This document shows, in pieces, positions 29,938 through 40,552 of a stretch of DNA of 64,000 nt. The notes beneath the pieces are model-generated. The model searched no databases. It saw only the letters and a list, made by a program, of their open reading frames with translations, and was not told the DNA's origin. The stretch comes from Akkermansiaceae bacterium. Lineage in GTDB: Bacteria; Verrucomicrobiota; Verrucomicrobiia; Verrucomicrobiales; Akkermansiaceae. Numbering within the stretch: the first letter of the stretch is position 1; each line of letters starts with the position of its first letter. The position numbers and the translations under genes are program-made. The stretch lies in the NCBI GenBank assembly GCA_051251915.1, contig JBPOGF010000008.1, forward strand, positions 64,001 to 128,000, read 5' to 3'.

Positions 29938-31407
29938 GTGCCCAATAAACTAAATATACTAAAAATTAAAGAATCCAATATTCGAACCCTTCACCTAACA
30001 TGGTTCGCGTTCTTCCTAACATTTGTCCTTTGGTTCAGTCATGCTCCATTAGGTGAAGTACTAAAAGAAAGTTTCAACTTAACCAAAGCTCAGTGGAAAG
30101 CCCTACTCATATTGAACGTAGCGCTTACCATCCCTGCTAGGGTAATAGTGGGAATGCTGGTAGATAAGCTAGGACCTAGGAAAACCTACAGCAGCCTACT
30201 CATGATATCAGGTGTCCTGTGTGCATTATTTGCCTCAGCACAAACTTATGAACAGCTAGCTATCACCAGATTCCTTATGGGATTCGTAGGAGCTGGATTC
30301 GTTATCGGTATCAGAATGATCGGTGAATGGTTCCCAGCCCGCCAAGTCGGCCTAGCCGAAGGCATCTACGGAGGTTGGGGTAACTTTGGCTCAGCATTCG
30401 CGGCCATGACCATCCCAACAATCGCATTAATTTTCGGCGGTGAGAATGGTTGGAGATACGCACTATACAGCCTCTCCGTCATCACATTCATCTACGGCAT
30501 ATTCTACTACAAAGTCGCTAGAGACACCCCAAAAGGAGCCACATACTTCAAGCCTAAAAAGGTTGGTGGTCTAGAAGTTAGCAATCCTCGCGACTTCTAT
30601 TTCCTCATCATCATGACCATACCCATGTATGCAGCTCTCGCTATCCTAAACTGGAAACTCTCACCCACAGGTGTTGCCTTACTAAGCCATACAGCCGTGA
30701 ATCTGATTTATGGAGGATTGATTCTACTCTTCATTTTCCAATTCTCACAAATTCACAAGGTCAATAAAACCATGCTTAAAGACGGCGGCGTGCCAGACAT
30801 GTTCCGTTATAAATTTAAGCAGGTCGCTATTCTCGACCTTAACTACTTCATCACATTTGGATCAGAACTCGCCGTGATTTCAATGCTCCCATTCTTCTTC
30901 ATGGAGACGTTCAACCTCACAGGCGTGCAAGCAGGTCTCCTAGCATCAGCCTTCGCCTTTATGAACTTAGTAGCTCGCCCTGCTGGCGGACTCATCAGTG
31001 ATAAATTTGGCAGACGCAAGAGCATGCTCATCTTCTTAGTCGGTCTCGCCACCGGATACGCCATCATGGGATTCATCGATTCTACATGGGCCATTCCTCT
31101 CGCGGTGATCGCTACCATGTTCTGCTCATTCTTCGTGCAGTCTGGTGAAGGGGCAGTCTTCGCAATGGTTCCCCTAGTTCAACGCCGCATGACTGGTCAA
31201 ATCGCCGGCATGGCAGGAGCATATGGCAACGTAGGTGCTGTGGTTTTCCTCACAGTCTTCTCATTCGTAGACGCCTCCACATTCTTCTTCATTATCGCCT
31301 GCTCAAGTGCTATAGGTTTCATAGCAACCTATTTCCTTGAAGAGCCAGAAGGCCACGTAGCTGAAGTAATGCCAGACGGCTCCATCGAGCTGATCGACAT
31401 CTCATAA
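29938..31407 (+). CDS. narK: NarK/NasA-family MFS nitrate/nitrite transporter
   Basis: [40 protein letters not shown]; probable start GTG 29938 (the track TTG is the promoter itself). Confidence 0.92.
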   Translation: MPNKLNILKIKESNIRTLHLTWFAFFLTFVLWFSHAPLGEVLKESFNLTKAQWKALLILNVALTIPARVIVGMLVDKLGPRKTYSSLLMISGVLCALFASAQTYEQLAITRFLMGFVGAGFVIGIRMIGEWFPARQVGLAEGIYGGWGNFGSAFAAMTIPTIALIFGGENGWRYALYSLSVITFIYGIFYYKVARDTPKGATYFKPKKVGGLEVSNPRDFYFLIIMTIPMYAALAILNWKLSPTGVALLSHTAVNLIYGGLILLFIFQFSQIHKVNKTMLKDGGVPDMFRYKFKQVAILDLNYFITFGSELAVISMLPFFFMETFNLTGVQAGLLASAFAFMNLVARPAGGLISDKFGRRKSMLIFLVGLATGYAIMGFIDSTWAIPLAVIATMFCSFFVQSGEGAVFAMVPLVQRRMTGQIAGMAGAYGNVGAVVFLTVFSFVDASTFFFIIACSSAIGFIATYFLEEPEGHVAEVMPDGSIELIDIS

Positions 31408-31453
31408 TCACAACATCAGAAAAACTACACCACTACGCACAACTGCCCCTAGA

Positions 31454-33193
31454 ATGATAAGCCCACAAAAAACACTTACTATTTCTGTGGGGCAGTTTTC
31501 CACTAAAGGAAAGAAATCTACTAACGAAGACTGTCTCGGAGTAAAAATACCAGACACTCAAGATCAACTCATTAAAGGTATCGCTGGAGTCATTGCCGAT
31601 GGCGTAAGTGATGCCACTGGCGGTAAAGAAGCCGCTGAAATGTGCGTCAAAGGATTCCTTTACGACTACTTCAGCACCCCAGACTCATGGACTGTCAAAA
31701 CCTCAGGCCAAAGAGTCATCAACGCACTAAACCGCTGGCTCTACAGCCAAGGACAAACTAACGGACTCGCCGAGGAGAAAGGCTATCTCTCCACCATGAG
31801 CTCCATCGTTTTAGTTGGTAAAACAGCCTATATATTCCATATCGGAGACAGCCGCATCTACCGCATCAGAAGCAACAACATTGAGCAACTCACCAGAGAT
31901 CACACCTCCCAAATCACCAACAAACCAAAATATTTGAACCGCGCAATGGGGCTCGATGTCTCAGCAACGGTCGACTATCACGAAATAAACGTCGAAGAAG
32001 GTGACATCTTCCTCCTCACCACAGATGGCGTCCACGAATGGCTTCTTGATGAAACCCTCGTGGACATAGTTAACAGCTCCATAGATTTAGATCACGCAGC
32101 CGAAACAACTGTCCAATCATCCTTAGAATCAGGAAGTAACGACAACCTCACCAGCCTTCTAATTCGCGCAGATTCCTTACCAGAGGCCAGTCATGATGAA
32201 CTAGTCAGAGTTCTCCTCGACCGACCATTCCCCCCACTCTTATACCCTGGACAAATTCTAGATGGCTTAGAAATCGAAAGCATCATGTATGAAAGCTCTC
32301 GAAGCCAACTCTACAAAGTCAGAGACGTTGAAACAGGTGACCTCATGATCATGAAGACCCCGTCGTCAAATTTTCAGGACGACCCAGCCTACATCGAGAG
32401 ATTCATTACCGAGGAATGGATTGGCAAAAGAACTAAACATCGAAACCTCATCGACATCATCGAAGGAAAGAAGAAGCCCACATTCCTCTACTACCTCATG
32501 GAGCACATCCACGGAGTCAACCTCTTTGACTGGGCGAAATCCAAAAAAGGTAACCTCGAAGTATCCGAAGTAATCACCGTCATGAAAGGAATCGTTGGCG
32601 GAGTCAGAGCACTACACCGACTCGAAACACTCCACCAGGACCTCAAACCGGACAACATTATGATCACCAAGGAAAATGTCGTAAAAGTAATAGACTTTGG
32701 TTCATGCAGAGTTGCTAGCCTACACAACAAAGCGACCACTCACGAAAGTGAAGAAAATCTCGGCACCATGGACTTTGGCGCTCCTGAATACCGATTCCCC
32801 GGAGGACAAATCAGCACCAAATCTGATCAGTTCTCTATTGCCGTCATCGTTTATAACCTCCTCACTAACGAAAAACACCCATACGGAGAGCGATGGAAAA
32901 AAGCGAATACCCTTCAAGATTTCACAGCATTAGACTACACCCCAAGTTACCACTACTCCCCAATGGTTCCCCACTGGGTAGACAAAGCACTAAAGAAAGC
33001 ATTAAGCGTGAACCCAGCGAGAAGATACTCTAGCTTGAGCGAATTCGTGCATGACTTAGAGACCCCAAATCCAGATTTCATCGAAGCCAGAAACCTCCCT
33101 TACATAGAAAGAAACCCAGTCTTATTCTGGAAGACCGTTTCCGGTATCCTTTCCCTCATCATCCTCCTCTTGCTCACTTTACTTAATTCATAG
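31454..33193 (+). CDS. fused PP2C phosphatase-Ser/Thr kinase with C-terminal TM anchor
   Basis: NED, IADGV, HIGDSR, LTTDGV, DN; HQDLKPDN, IDFG, APE; hydrophobic C-terminus. Confidence 0.9.
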   Translation: MISPQKTLTISVGQFSTKGKKSTNEDCLGVKIPDTQDQLIKGIAGVIADGVSDATGGKEAAEMCVKGFLYDYFSTPDSWTVKTSGQRVINALNRWLYSQGQTNGLAEEKGYLSTMSSIVLVGKTAYIFHIGDSRIYRIRSNNIEQLTRDHTSQITNKPKYLNRAMGLDVSATVDYHEINVEEGDIFLLTTDGVHEWLLDETLVDIVNSSIDLDHAAETTVQSSLESGSNDNLTSLLIRADSLPEASHDELVRVLLDRPFPPLLYPGQILDGLEIESIMYESSRSQLYKVRDVETGDLMIMKTPSSNFQDDPAYIERFITEEWIGKRTKHRNLIDIIEGKKKPTFLYYLMEHIHGVNLFDWAKSKKGNLEVSEVITVMKGIVGGVRALHRLETLHQDLKPDNIMITKENVVKVIDFGSCRVASLHNKATTHESEENLGTMDFGAPEYRFPGGQISTKSDQFSIAVIVYNLLTNEKHPYGERWKKANTLQDFTALDYTPSYHYSPMVPHWVDKALKKALSVNPARRYSSLSEFVHDLETPNPDFIEARNLPYIERNPVLFWKTVSGILSLIILLLLTLLNS

Positions 33194-33198
33194 AAATG

Positions 33199-33256
33199 AT
33201 GACCTTAATTCATTAACTCAAATCATTCCCCTCCGAGAGTTGGCACCCAAAGTGCT
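33199..33256 (+). promoter_or_regulatory. LysR box plus sigma54 promoter of the nirA operon
   Basis: ATGACCTTAATTCAT (33199-33213), 28 bp, then TGG-CACCCAAAGT-GCT; 13 nt to the ATG. Confidence 0.75.
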
Positions 33257-33268
33257 ATAAATAATCTC

Positions 33269-34807
33269 ATGATACAAGATTCGGGAGCGCAAAGTCCATT
33301 CAACCACGATCTGAGGCATAGTGACCCAGATTGGGCCCGACTTTCACCTTATCTTGAAGCAGGTGATGACATAGACCTTCTCTACTACCTCTATCAAGGA
33401 CTCATCTTCCCAAAGGAAACCAACCTAATGTTACGCTGCCGCATGAGTGGTGGCGAACTCAGCAGCGAACAAGTCACTACATTAGCTGACATCGCAGAAA
33501 CTCATGGAGCAGGATATGCCGATGTCACCACTCGCGCCAATTTTCAAATCCGCGACATCGCAGACAGCGACGGAATCATCGTCCTCAAAAAACTGCTCCA
33601 TCTAGGAATAGCCCCAGCTGTCAAAGGACTCAACAATCTAAGAAACGTCACCGTCACCCCCACCACCGGATTCGATACCAATGAACTGATAGACGTGATG
33701 CCTATCGCCAAAGATATCCACAACTGCCTACTCTACAAAAACGAACTCCAAGGCCTCCCAGGCAAATTCAACATTGCGCTAGACAGCGGTGGAAAAATCA
33801 GCGTCGCCTCAGAAGCTAATGACCTAGGAATCAAAGCCGTCTCAGTAAATGGAAAAGTTTACTTCAGACTATCCGTTGCCGACATCCGCAATGAAACAAC
33901 CATTTCCCAAGACCTCAACTGGCTAATCAAGCCAGAGGATATAGTGACCGTCACATCCGTCATCATCGAGACTTATCTAACAGAAGGAGATTTCAGCAAG
34001 CGATTACGCTCACGTCTCAAATTCCTGATCAACCAAATTGGCATTGAAGAATTCAAATCCAAAGTCAAATCTCAACTCACAGCCTCTATCATCGAGGACG
34101 ACTCAGCACAAACACCTCCGGAGAGATTAACAGATGCTCACCTCGGAGTGCATGATCAACATCAGGATAAACTCTGCTACCTCGGCGTCAACGGCGCAGC
34201 AGGTAGATACACCAGCCAACAACTAAGAAAACTCGCAACCGTCGCACAAAAATTCGGTAATTCCAACATCCGCCTCACCACCCTTCAAAACTGCCTCGTC
34301 CCACACGTTGATCGAGCCAATCTCAACGCAGTCATTGAAACCTTCTTATCACAATCACTCACCGTCACTTCCAAGCTAGCTGGCAGCATAGTTGCCTGCA
34401 CAGGCAGCTCAGGTTGCTCGTATTCTGCCACAGCAACGAAAGAACACTCATTAGAATTATCTCAATATTTACAGAAACTAGGAGATTACAATGAAGCTGT
34501 AAATATCCACTTCACAGGATGCCCGTTCAGCTGCGCCCAAAACTACATTGGCGACATCGGTCTCATCGGAGTTCGCGTAAAAAATCAGGAATGTTATCAC
34601 GTCTACCTAGGAGGCGGAGCAGACGTCAACCTCTCAGCCGTTAGAGTAAGGAAAGCCATCCCGTATAAGAAATTAGCCTCCTACATTAAGTCTTTGTTAG
34701 ATCTCTTCAAACAAGAAAAACTACATAGTGAGAACTTCAATAGTTTTGTCCACAGATACGGCATTAATCATTTTACTCAATCAGCTCAAGTAGGAGGTAT
34801 GATATAA
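33269..34807 (+). CDS. nirA: NirA-like siroheme/4Fe-4S nitrite (or sulfite) reductase
   Basis: TTRANFQIR, RN, LPGKFNIA, CTGSSGC and GCPFSC ligands. Confidence 0.8.
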   Translation: MIQDSGAQSPFNHDLRHSDPDWARLSPYLEAGDDIDLLYYLYQGLIFPKETNLMLRCRMSGGELSSEQVTTLADIAETHGAGYADVTTRANFQIRDIADSDGIIVLKKLLHLGIAPAVKGLNNLRNVTVTPTTGFDTNELIDVMPIAKDIHNCLLYKNELQGLPGKFNIALDSGGKISVASEANDLGIKAVSVNGKVYFRLSVADIRNETTISQDLNWLIKPEDIVTVTSVIIETYLTEGDFSKRLRSRLKFLINQIGIEEFKSKVKSQLTASIIEDDSAQTPPERLTDAHLGVHDQHQDKLCYLGVNGAAGRYTSQQLRKLATVAQKFGNSNIRLTTLQNCLVPHVDRANLNAVIETFLSQSLTVTSKLAGSIVACTGSSGCSYSATATKEHSLELSQYLQKLGDYNEAVNIHFTGCPFSCAQNYIGDIGLIGVRVKNQECYHVYLGGGADVNLSAVRVRKAIPYKKLASYIKSLLDLFKQEKLHSENFNSFVHRYGINHFTQSAQVGGMI

Positions 34808-36444
34808 TGCTGAAATTAATCGACCCAGAAACTGAAGAACAAGAAGCAACCTTAATTGACGCCCTACTCGCTGAGCAAAAGACACTCACCGCAGTAGAAC
34901 GCTTCAGCCAACAGCACGAATACACCTCCAAAGTCATTCAGGCTCCCAGCTATCAAGACCTCATCCCCATCAGAAAGCCATCCACAGGCGAGCAATACAG
35001 CTTCTCCGTAGACCTCGACAAATGCACCGGCTGCAAAGCCTGCGTCGTAGCCTGCCATAGTTTAAACGGACTCGATAAAACCGAATCCTGGAGAGACATC
35101 GGAGAAATTGTCAGCCTAGATTCAGCAGACAAACAAACCGTCACCAGCGCCTGCCATCATTGCGCAGACCCTGCATGCCTAAACGGTTGCCCAGTCGGAG
35201 CCTATGAGAAAATGCCAGATACCGGAGTTGTTAGACACCTCGATGACCAGTGCATCGGCTGTCAATACTGCTCACTCAAATGCCCATATGACGTCCCTAA
35301 ATACAACAAAGATCTAGGCATTGTTAGAAAATGCGACATCTGCCACGAGCGCCTCGCAGAAGGTGAAGCCCCAGCCTGTGTCCAGTCCTGCCCAAGTGGA
35401 GCCATCTCCATCCAGCTCATCAAAACCGAGCAAATCCACGAAAACGCAAAACGAGAAACATCCATCATCAATGGAGCATACCGCTCAGACTACACCCTCC
35501 CATCCACCGTCTACACTAGTAAACGCAAGCTCAGTGACACCATGACTGCAGCAGATGAGCACTCAATACAACCATCTCATAAACACACCCCTCTCAGCTG
35601 GATGCTAACCCTCACCCAGCTCTCTGTCGGCATCTCAGTCGCTGACCTCCTCGCTCGTTTAATCGCTCCTGAATGGTCACTAGCACTACATATTCCACTC
35701 ACCATACTCGCCGTTATCTTCGGCCTCACTGGTCTCATCTCCAGCACACTCCACCTCGGTAGCCCACTCGGCTCATGGAGAGTATTCCTCGGACTCAAGA
35801 CCTCATGGCTCAGCCGTGAAATCATCCTCTTCGGCATGTGGATGCCCGCACTCCTAGGCTTCACCGGCTTAACCATCGCTTCACAACACGCCGATAAACT
35901 CCCAACCTGGCTCCCAACCATCGAAAACACTTGGATCATCCTCGCCGGAGCATCCGCCGTCGCTCTAGGACTCATCTCAGTATTCTGTTCCATCATGGTA
36001 TACGTCGACACCAAACGAGCATTCTGGACCCTCGGTAAAACAACCTCAAAGTTCACCGGTACCTTACTACTAGGTGGCGCCACCGCTATTCTCATTGCCT
36101 CACTAGTGTTCAACAATGAGACCCCAGTAACTCTCTGGGTAGCCCTCGTCCTAGCCACACTCTGGAAAACATCCGCAGACACCATCTCTCTCATCTCAGC
36201 CAAGCAAACCACCTGGTCCATGAGCAAAAAAAGCGCCCTCATCCAGCTCCACAGCCTACGCTCCACCCTCACCCTCCGCTGGATCATGATGGCCGTATCC
36301 ATCCTAAGCATCATCCTCACCATCTACTCTCCTCTCTTCTCAGTCGCAGCGATTCTGGCAATGCTACTAGGTGAGTTCTTACAACGCCAAATTTTCTTCC
36401 AAGCAGTGGTCACCCTTAAAATGCCAGGAAATCTAGAACGATGA
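34807..36444 (+). CDS. fused DmsB-type polyferredoxin and DmsC/YnfH-type membrane anchor
   Basis: [42 protein letters not shown]...PACVQSCP; then about 8 TM with HLGSP and SWLSREI. Confidence 0.88.
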   Translation: MLKLIDPETEEQEATLIDALLAEQKTLTAVERFSQQHEYTSKVIQAPSYQDLIPIRKPSTGEQYSFSVDLDKCTGCKACVVACHSLNGLDKTESWRDIGEIVSLDSADKQTVTSACHHCADPACLNGCPVGAYEKMPDTGVVRHLDDQCIGCQYCSLKCPYDVPKYNKDLGIVRKCDICHERLAEGEAPACVQSCPSGAISIQLIKTEQIHENAKRETSIINGAYRSDYTLPSTVYTSKRKLSDTMTAADEHSIQPSHKHTPLSWMLTLTQLSVGISVADLLARLIAPEWSLALHIPLTILAVIFGLTGLISSTLHLGSPLGSWRVFLGLKTSWLSREIILFGMWMPALLGFTGLTIASQHADKLPTWLPTIENTWIILAGASAVALGLISVFCSIMVYVDTKRAFWTLGKTTSKFTGTLLLGGATAILIASLVFNNETPVTLWVALVLATLWKTSADTISLISAKQTTWSMSKKSALIQLHSLRSTLTLRWIMMAVSILSIILTIYSPLFSVAAILAMLLGEFLQRQIFFQAVVTLKMPGNLER

Positions 36445-38657
36445 CATTAAAAGCCAAACTCTTAAAAACAATCCCGCCTATTTTCCAACAAAGCGGACCA
36501 AAAACCAGCCAGCTCCTACGCTCACCTGGCAAGTTCGGCCTCGGTCAAGTTCCCCAGCACAGCGCCCCAGACAGCACCACCAGCATGGTCTGCGGATTCT
36601 GCTCAACCGGTTGCAGCCTAAATATCCACATCAAAGACAACCAAGCCGTAAACCTTACCCCTGACTCAGATTACCCAGTCAACCTAGGCATGGCATGCCC
36701 CAAAGGATGGGAAGCCCTCGAACCTTTAAAAGCAACCGACCGCGCCACCACCCCTCTCCTCAGAAAATATAAATCTGGCGAGCTAGAAGAGGTCTCATGG
36801 GAGACAGCTATGGACGAATTCCAAAAGAAATTCAAATCAGTCCAAGCCCGCCACGGCAAAGATTCAGTCGCCTTCATCAGCACCGGCCAAATCGTTACAG
36901 AAGAAATGGCATTCCTCGGCGCCCTAGCTAAATTCGGCATGGGCATGAAACACGGCGATGGCAACACCCGCCAATGCATGGCAACCGCCGTTGCAGCCTA
37001 TAAACAAAGCTTCGGCTTCGATGCCCCCCCATACTCCTATCAAGACTTTGAAAAGTCAGACGTCATCGTTCTCGTCGGCTCCAACCTCTGCATCGCCCAC
37101 CCCATCATGTGGCAAAGAGTTGAGAAAAATAAACTCAAACCAGAAATCATCGTTGTAGACCCCAGAACCACAGAGACCGCCGTAGCTGCCACCCAGCACT
37201 ATCCCATCATGCCGAAATCTGACCTCCCCTTCTTCTACGGCATCGCACACATCCTCATCAAAAATGGCTGGATCGACCAACAATACATCGACTCCCACAC
37301 CAACGATTACCAAGACTTCGCCAAACACGTAGAAAAATTCACCCCTGAACTAGTCCACAAACAATCAGGCATCCCCCCTGAAATGTTAGAGAAACTAGCC
37401 TCCACCATCCATCAAGGAAAAAACGTCTCCTTCTGGTGGACCATGGGCGTCAACCAAGGACACGAAGCCACCCGCACCGCCCAAGCCATCATCAACCTAG
37501 CCCTCATGACCGGCAACATCGGCAGACCAGGAACCGGCGCCAACTCCATCACCGGCCAGTGCAACGCCATGGGCTCAAGACTCTTCAGCAACACCACCGG
37601 CCTACTTGGCGGCCATTCATTCTCAGACCCCACAGACAGACAAAAAGTCGCCAAAATCCTAGAAATAGAAGAATCCACCATACCCGACGAACCTAGCCTA
37701 GCCTACGATCAAATCATCCAAGGCATCCACGACGGAAAGATCAAGGGCCTCTGGGTCATCGCCACCAACGGCGCCCACTCATGGATCAATCAGGACAAAT
37801 ACAACGAAGCCATGGAGAAACTAGATTTCCTCGTGGTCCAAGACATGTATTCCTCCACCGAAAGCGCCGTCAATGCCGACCTCGTCCTCCCCGCAGCAGG
37901 TTGGGGAGAAAAAGACGGAGTCTTCATCAACTCAGAACGCCGCATCGGACTCGTCAAAAAAGTCTCCCGAGCTCCAGGCCTAGCACTCTCAGACTTCAAC
38001 ATCTTTAAACTCGTCGCCCAATTCTGGGGCTGCGCCGAAATGTTCCAAAAATGGAGTTCACCCGAAGAAGTATTCAAAATACTCACAGAACTCACCAGAG
38101 ATCAACCCTGCGACATCACAGGCATCAAAGATTACAAACTGCTAGAAGTCACCAAAGGTATCCAATGGCCATGTGACGAAAACGAAATAGAACACCTCAC
38201 AACCAACAACGAACGCCGCCTTTTCGCCGACGGAAAATACTACCATCCAGACGGCAAAGCAAAATTCCTCTTCAGCGACCCCACCCCCGTAGCAGAATCC
38301 ACCACCAAAGAATTCCCCTACATTCTCCTAACAGGCAGAGGAACATCCGCCCAATGGCACACCCAGACGCGCACCAAAAAATCAGAAATCCTCAAAAAAC
38401 TCTACCCAGAGTCCGTCTACATCGAAATCAATCCCAGCGATGCAGCCAAACTTAACATCAAGTCAAACCAACAAATCACCGTCAGCTCCACCCGCGCCAC
38501 AGTTGAAGCCACAGCTTACATATCAAACTCCGTCCAACCAGGCCAACTCTTCATGCCCATGCACTACGCTAAGGCAAACCGCCTCACCCACGCCTCCTTC
38601 GACCCCCACTCCCGCCAACCCAGCTACAAATACTGCGCCGTAAAGATAACAGCTTAG
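36441..38657 (+). CDS. assimilatory-type nitrate reductase catalytic subunit (Mo-bisPGD, NarB/NasA-like)
   Basis: CGFCSTGC...[33 protein letters not shown]...QWHT; no Tat motif. Confidence 0.9.
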   Translation: MTLKAKLLKTIPPIFQQSGPKTSQLLRSPGKFGLGQVPQHSAPDSTTSMVCGFCSTGCSLNIHIKDNQAVNLTPDSDYPVNLGMACPKGWEALEPLKATDRATTPLLRKYKSGELEEVSWETAMDEFQKKFKSVQARHGKDSVAFISTGQIVTEEMAFLGALAKFGMGMKHGDGNTRQCMATAVAAYKQSFGFDAPPYSYQDFEKSDVIVLVGSNLCIAHPIMWQRVEKNKLKPEIIVVDPRTTETAVAATQHYPIMPKSDLPFFYGIAHILIKNGWIDQQYIDSHTNDYQDFAKHVEKFTPELVHKQSGIPPEMLEKLASTIHQGKNVSFWWTMGVNQGHEATRTAQAIINLALMTGNIGRPGTGANSITGQCNAMGSRLFSNTTGLLGGHSFSDPTDRQKVAKILEIEESTIPDEPSLAYDQIIQGIHDGKIKGLWVIATNGAHSWINQDKYNEAMEKLDFLVVQDMYSSTESAVNADLVLPAAGWGEKDGVFINSERRIGLVKKVSRAPGLALSDFNIFKLVAQFWGCAEMFQKWSSPEEVFKILTELTRDQPCDITGIKDYKLLEVTKGIQWPCDENEIEHLTTNNERRLFADGKYYHPDGKAKFLFSDPTPVAESTTKEFPYILLTGRGTSAQWHTQTRTKKSEILKKLYPESVYIEINPSDAAKLNIKSNQQITVSSTRATVEATAYISNSVQPGQLFMPMHYAKANRLTHASFDPHSRQPSYKYCAVKITA

Positions 38658-38693
38658 TTAATGAAAACCTCAGAACCCAAGTAACTGCCCGAA

Positions 38694-39590
38694 CTAGGCA
38701 ATCACACCCTCATTCTGCAGTCTAAGCTCCTCTACAGCCTCCTTATCTAGGAAGCCAAGAGTCTCACCATTAGAAAATACTCGGCTAGGCCCTTTAATAT
38801 GTGAACGTTGCTCCAAGAAAGCCAGCAAATGCTCACGACACTCAAAAAACTTAGGATCATCAAACACCTCAGTCCGGTTTCTCGGACGAGGAAAATCGAT
38901 TTCCAAAATCTCTCCCACTCCAGCCTTAGGACCATTAGACATCATCACGCAGCGGTCAGCCATAAACACAGCCTCGTCCACATCGTGAGTCACAATCATA
39001 GCAGTCAACTTCTCTCTCGCTAGAATATCAATAATCACATCCTGCAATTCCATCCTAGTAAGCGAATCCAGCCGTCCAAACGGCTCATCTAACAAAAGCA
39101 CCTTCGGCTGCAATGCTATCGCACGGGCAATACCCACTCGCTGCTGCATCCCTCCTGACAACTCCGCCGGATACTTCTTCATCGAATCCGCCAGCCCCAC
39201 CACAGAAAGTGAATGCTCCACAATCTGCTTACGTGTCGCCTTATTCACATGCGGATACACATTCTTCACACCCAGCATCACATTACCAAATGCAGTCATC
39301 CACGGCATCAGGCAAGGTGACTGGAAAACCACAGCCCTGTCAGGACCAGGTCCATCAATCTCACTATTACCTAAAATAATACCCCCATCAGAGATCTCAT
39401 TTAAACCAGCCAACATCGTCAAAACCGTAGACTTACCACAACCAGAGTGACCAATGAGAGAAATGAACTCCCCCTCTTTGATCATTAGATTAAAATCCTC
39501 CACCACACGGAAGTCATCCCCATAAGGATTTGGATATTCCTTTACAAGATGAGAGATTTCTACGAATCGTGAATTTTCTGTTTTGGACAT
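38694..39590 (-). CDS. nrtD: nitrate ABC transporter ATP-binding protein
   Basis: [33 protein letters not shown]. Confidence 0.88.
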   Translation of the reverse strand: MSKTENSRFVEISHLVKEYPNPYGDDFRVVEDFNLMIKEGEFISLIGHSGCGKSTVLTMLAGLNEISDGGIILGNSEIDGPGPDRAVVFQSPCLMPWMTAFGNVMLGVKNVYPHVNKATRKQIVEHSLSVVGLADSMKKYPAELSGGMQQRVGIARAIALQPKVLLLDEPFGRLDSLTRMELQDVIIDILAREKLTAMIVTHDVDEAVFMADRCVMMSNGPKAGVGEILEIDFPRPRNRTEVFDDPKFFECREHLLAFLEQRSHIKGPSRVFSNGETLGFLDKEAVEELRLQNEGVIA

Positions 39591-39614
39591 AATAAAGATA
39601 ATAATGGTTCAGAG

Positions 39615-40523
39615 TTACTGAGTGCTTCTAGAGGGTGAAATGGATTTCTTATTCAAGTGGCTAAATTTGAGTGATGCTGACGGAAGCTTAAAGTCCCTCG
39701 GCTGCACATCAGGCATAGGAATAAACTCATCATTCTTCTGCGCTTTATTCTCTCTATTAAGAGCAAACATAAAGGCCGTGATTTCAGACTTAAGACGCAT
39801 GAACTCAGGATGATCATTTAAAGTATGCCGGTCTCTAGGCCTATCCATATTCACAGTGAACTCCTTCGCTAAAGTAGCACCCGGCCCCATCGTCAAAGGG
39901 ATAATTCTATCTGCCATTAACACCGCTTCATCCACATCATTCGTGATCATCACAACTGTGCGCTGATCCTCTCCCCATATTCTCAAAATCTCATCTTGAA
40001 GATCAGAACGCGTAAGCGCATCCAGAGCTGATAACGGCTCATCCAGAAGTAGCACCTCAGGCTTCAACGATAACGTCCTCGCCAGTGAAGCTCGCTGCCT
40101 CATCCCGCCGGATAGCTCATGCGGCTTCCTATCCCTCGCAGGGGTAAGTTTTACCATATCAATATAGTTCATTATGTGAGCTTCTACCTCAGCCTTCTTC
40201 ATCTTTGGAAATACAGAACGCACAGCTAACTCTATATTCTCAAATACAGACAACCACGGCAGCAACGAATAATTCTGAAACATAATTCCACGATCAGGCC
40301 CTGGCGCATTTTTTACTTCACCATTAAGTCGCACTTCACCCTTATCTGGATTCTCTAACCCAGCAAGTAAGTTCATCAACGTCGACTTACCAGATCCAGA
40401 GAATCCAATAATTGCAACAAACTCATTCTCCTCAACCTTGAGATTAATATTCTCTAGCACCTCAGTGCGGGAACTAGGAGGGCCGAAGCCTACATTAACG
40501 TTATCAACTTCTAAGAAAGACAT
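39615..40523 (-). CDS. nrtC: nitrate ABC transporter ATP-binding protein
   Basis: [34 protein letters not shown]. Confidence 0.88.
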   Translation of the reverse strand: MSFLEVDNVNVGFGPPSSRTEVLENINLKVEENEFVAIIGFSGSGKSTLMNLLAGLENPDKGEVRLNGEVKNAPGPDRGIMFQNYSLLPWLSVFENIELAVRSVFPKMKKAEVEAHIMNYIDMVKLTPARDRKPHELSGGMRQRASLARTLSLKPEVLLLDEPLSALDALTRSDLQDEILRIWGEDQRTVVMITNDVDEAVLMADRIIPLTMGPGATLAKEFTVNMDRPRDRHTLNDHPEFMRLKSEITAFMFALNRENKAQKNDEFIPMPDVQPRDFKLPSASLKFSHLNKKSISPSRSTQ

Positions 40524-40552
40524 GTTATAATTTGGTTATAATTAGATTAAGA

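Noticed and set aside
36441..38657. Selenocysteine-containing formate dehydrogenase or periplasmic Nap (prompted by selA and the DmsC anchor)
   Set aside because: The frame is open with Cys (TGC) in NTRQCMAT, the motifs are nitrate-reductase-like, and there is no twin-arginine signal
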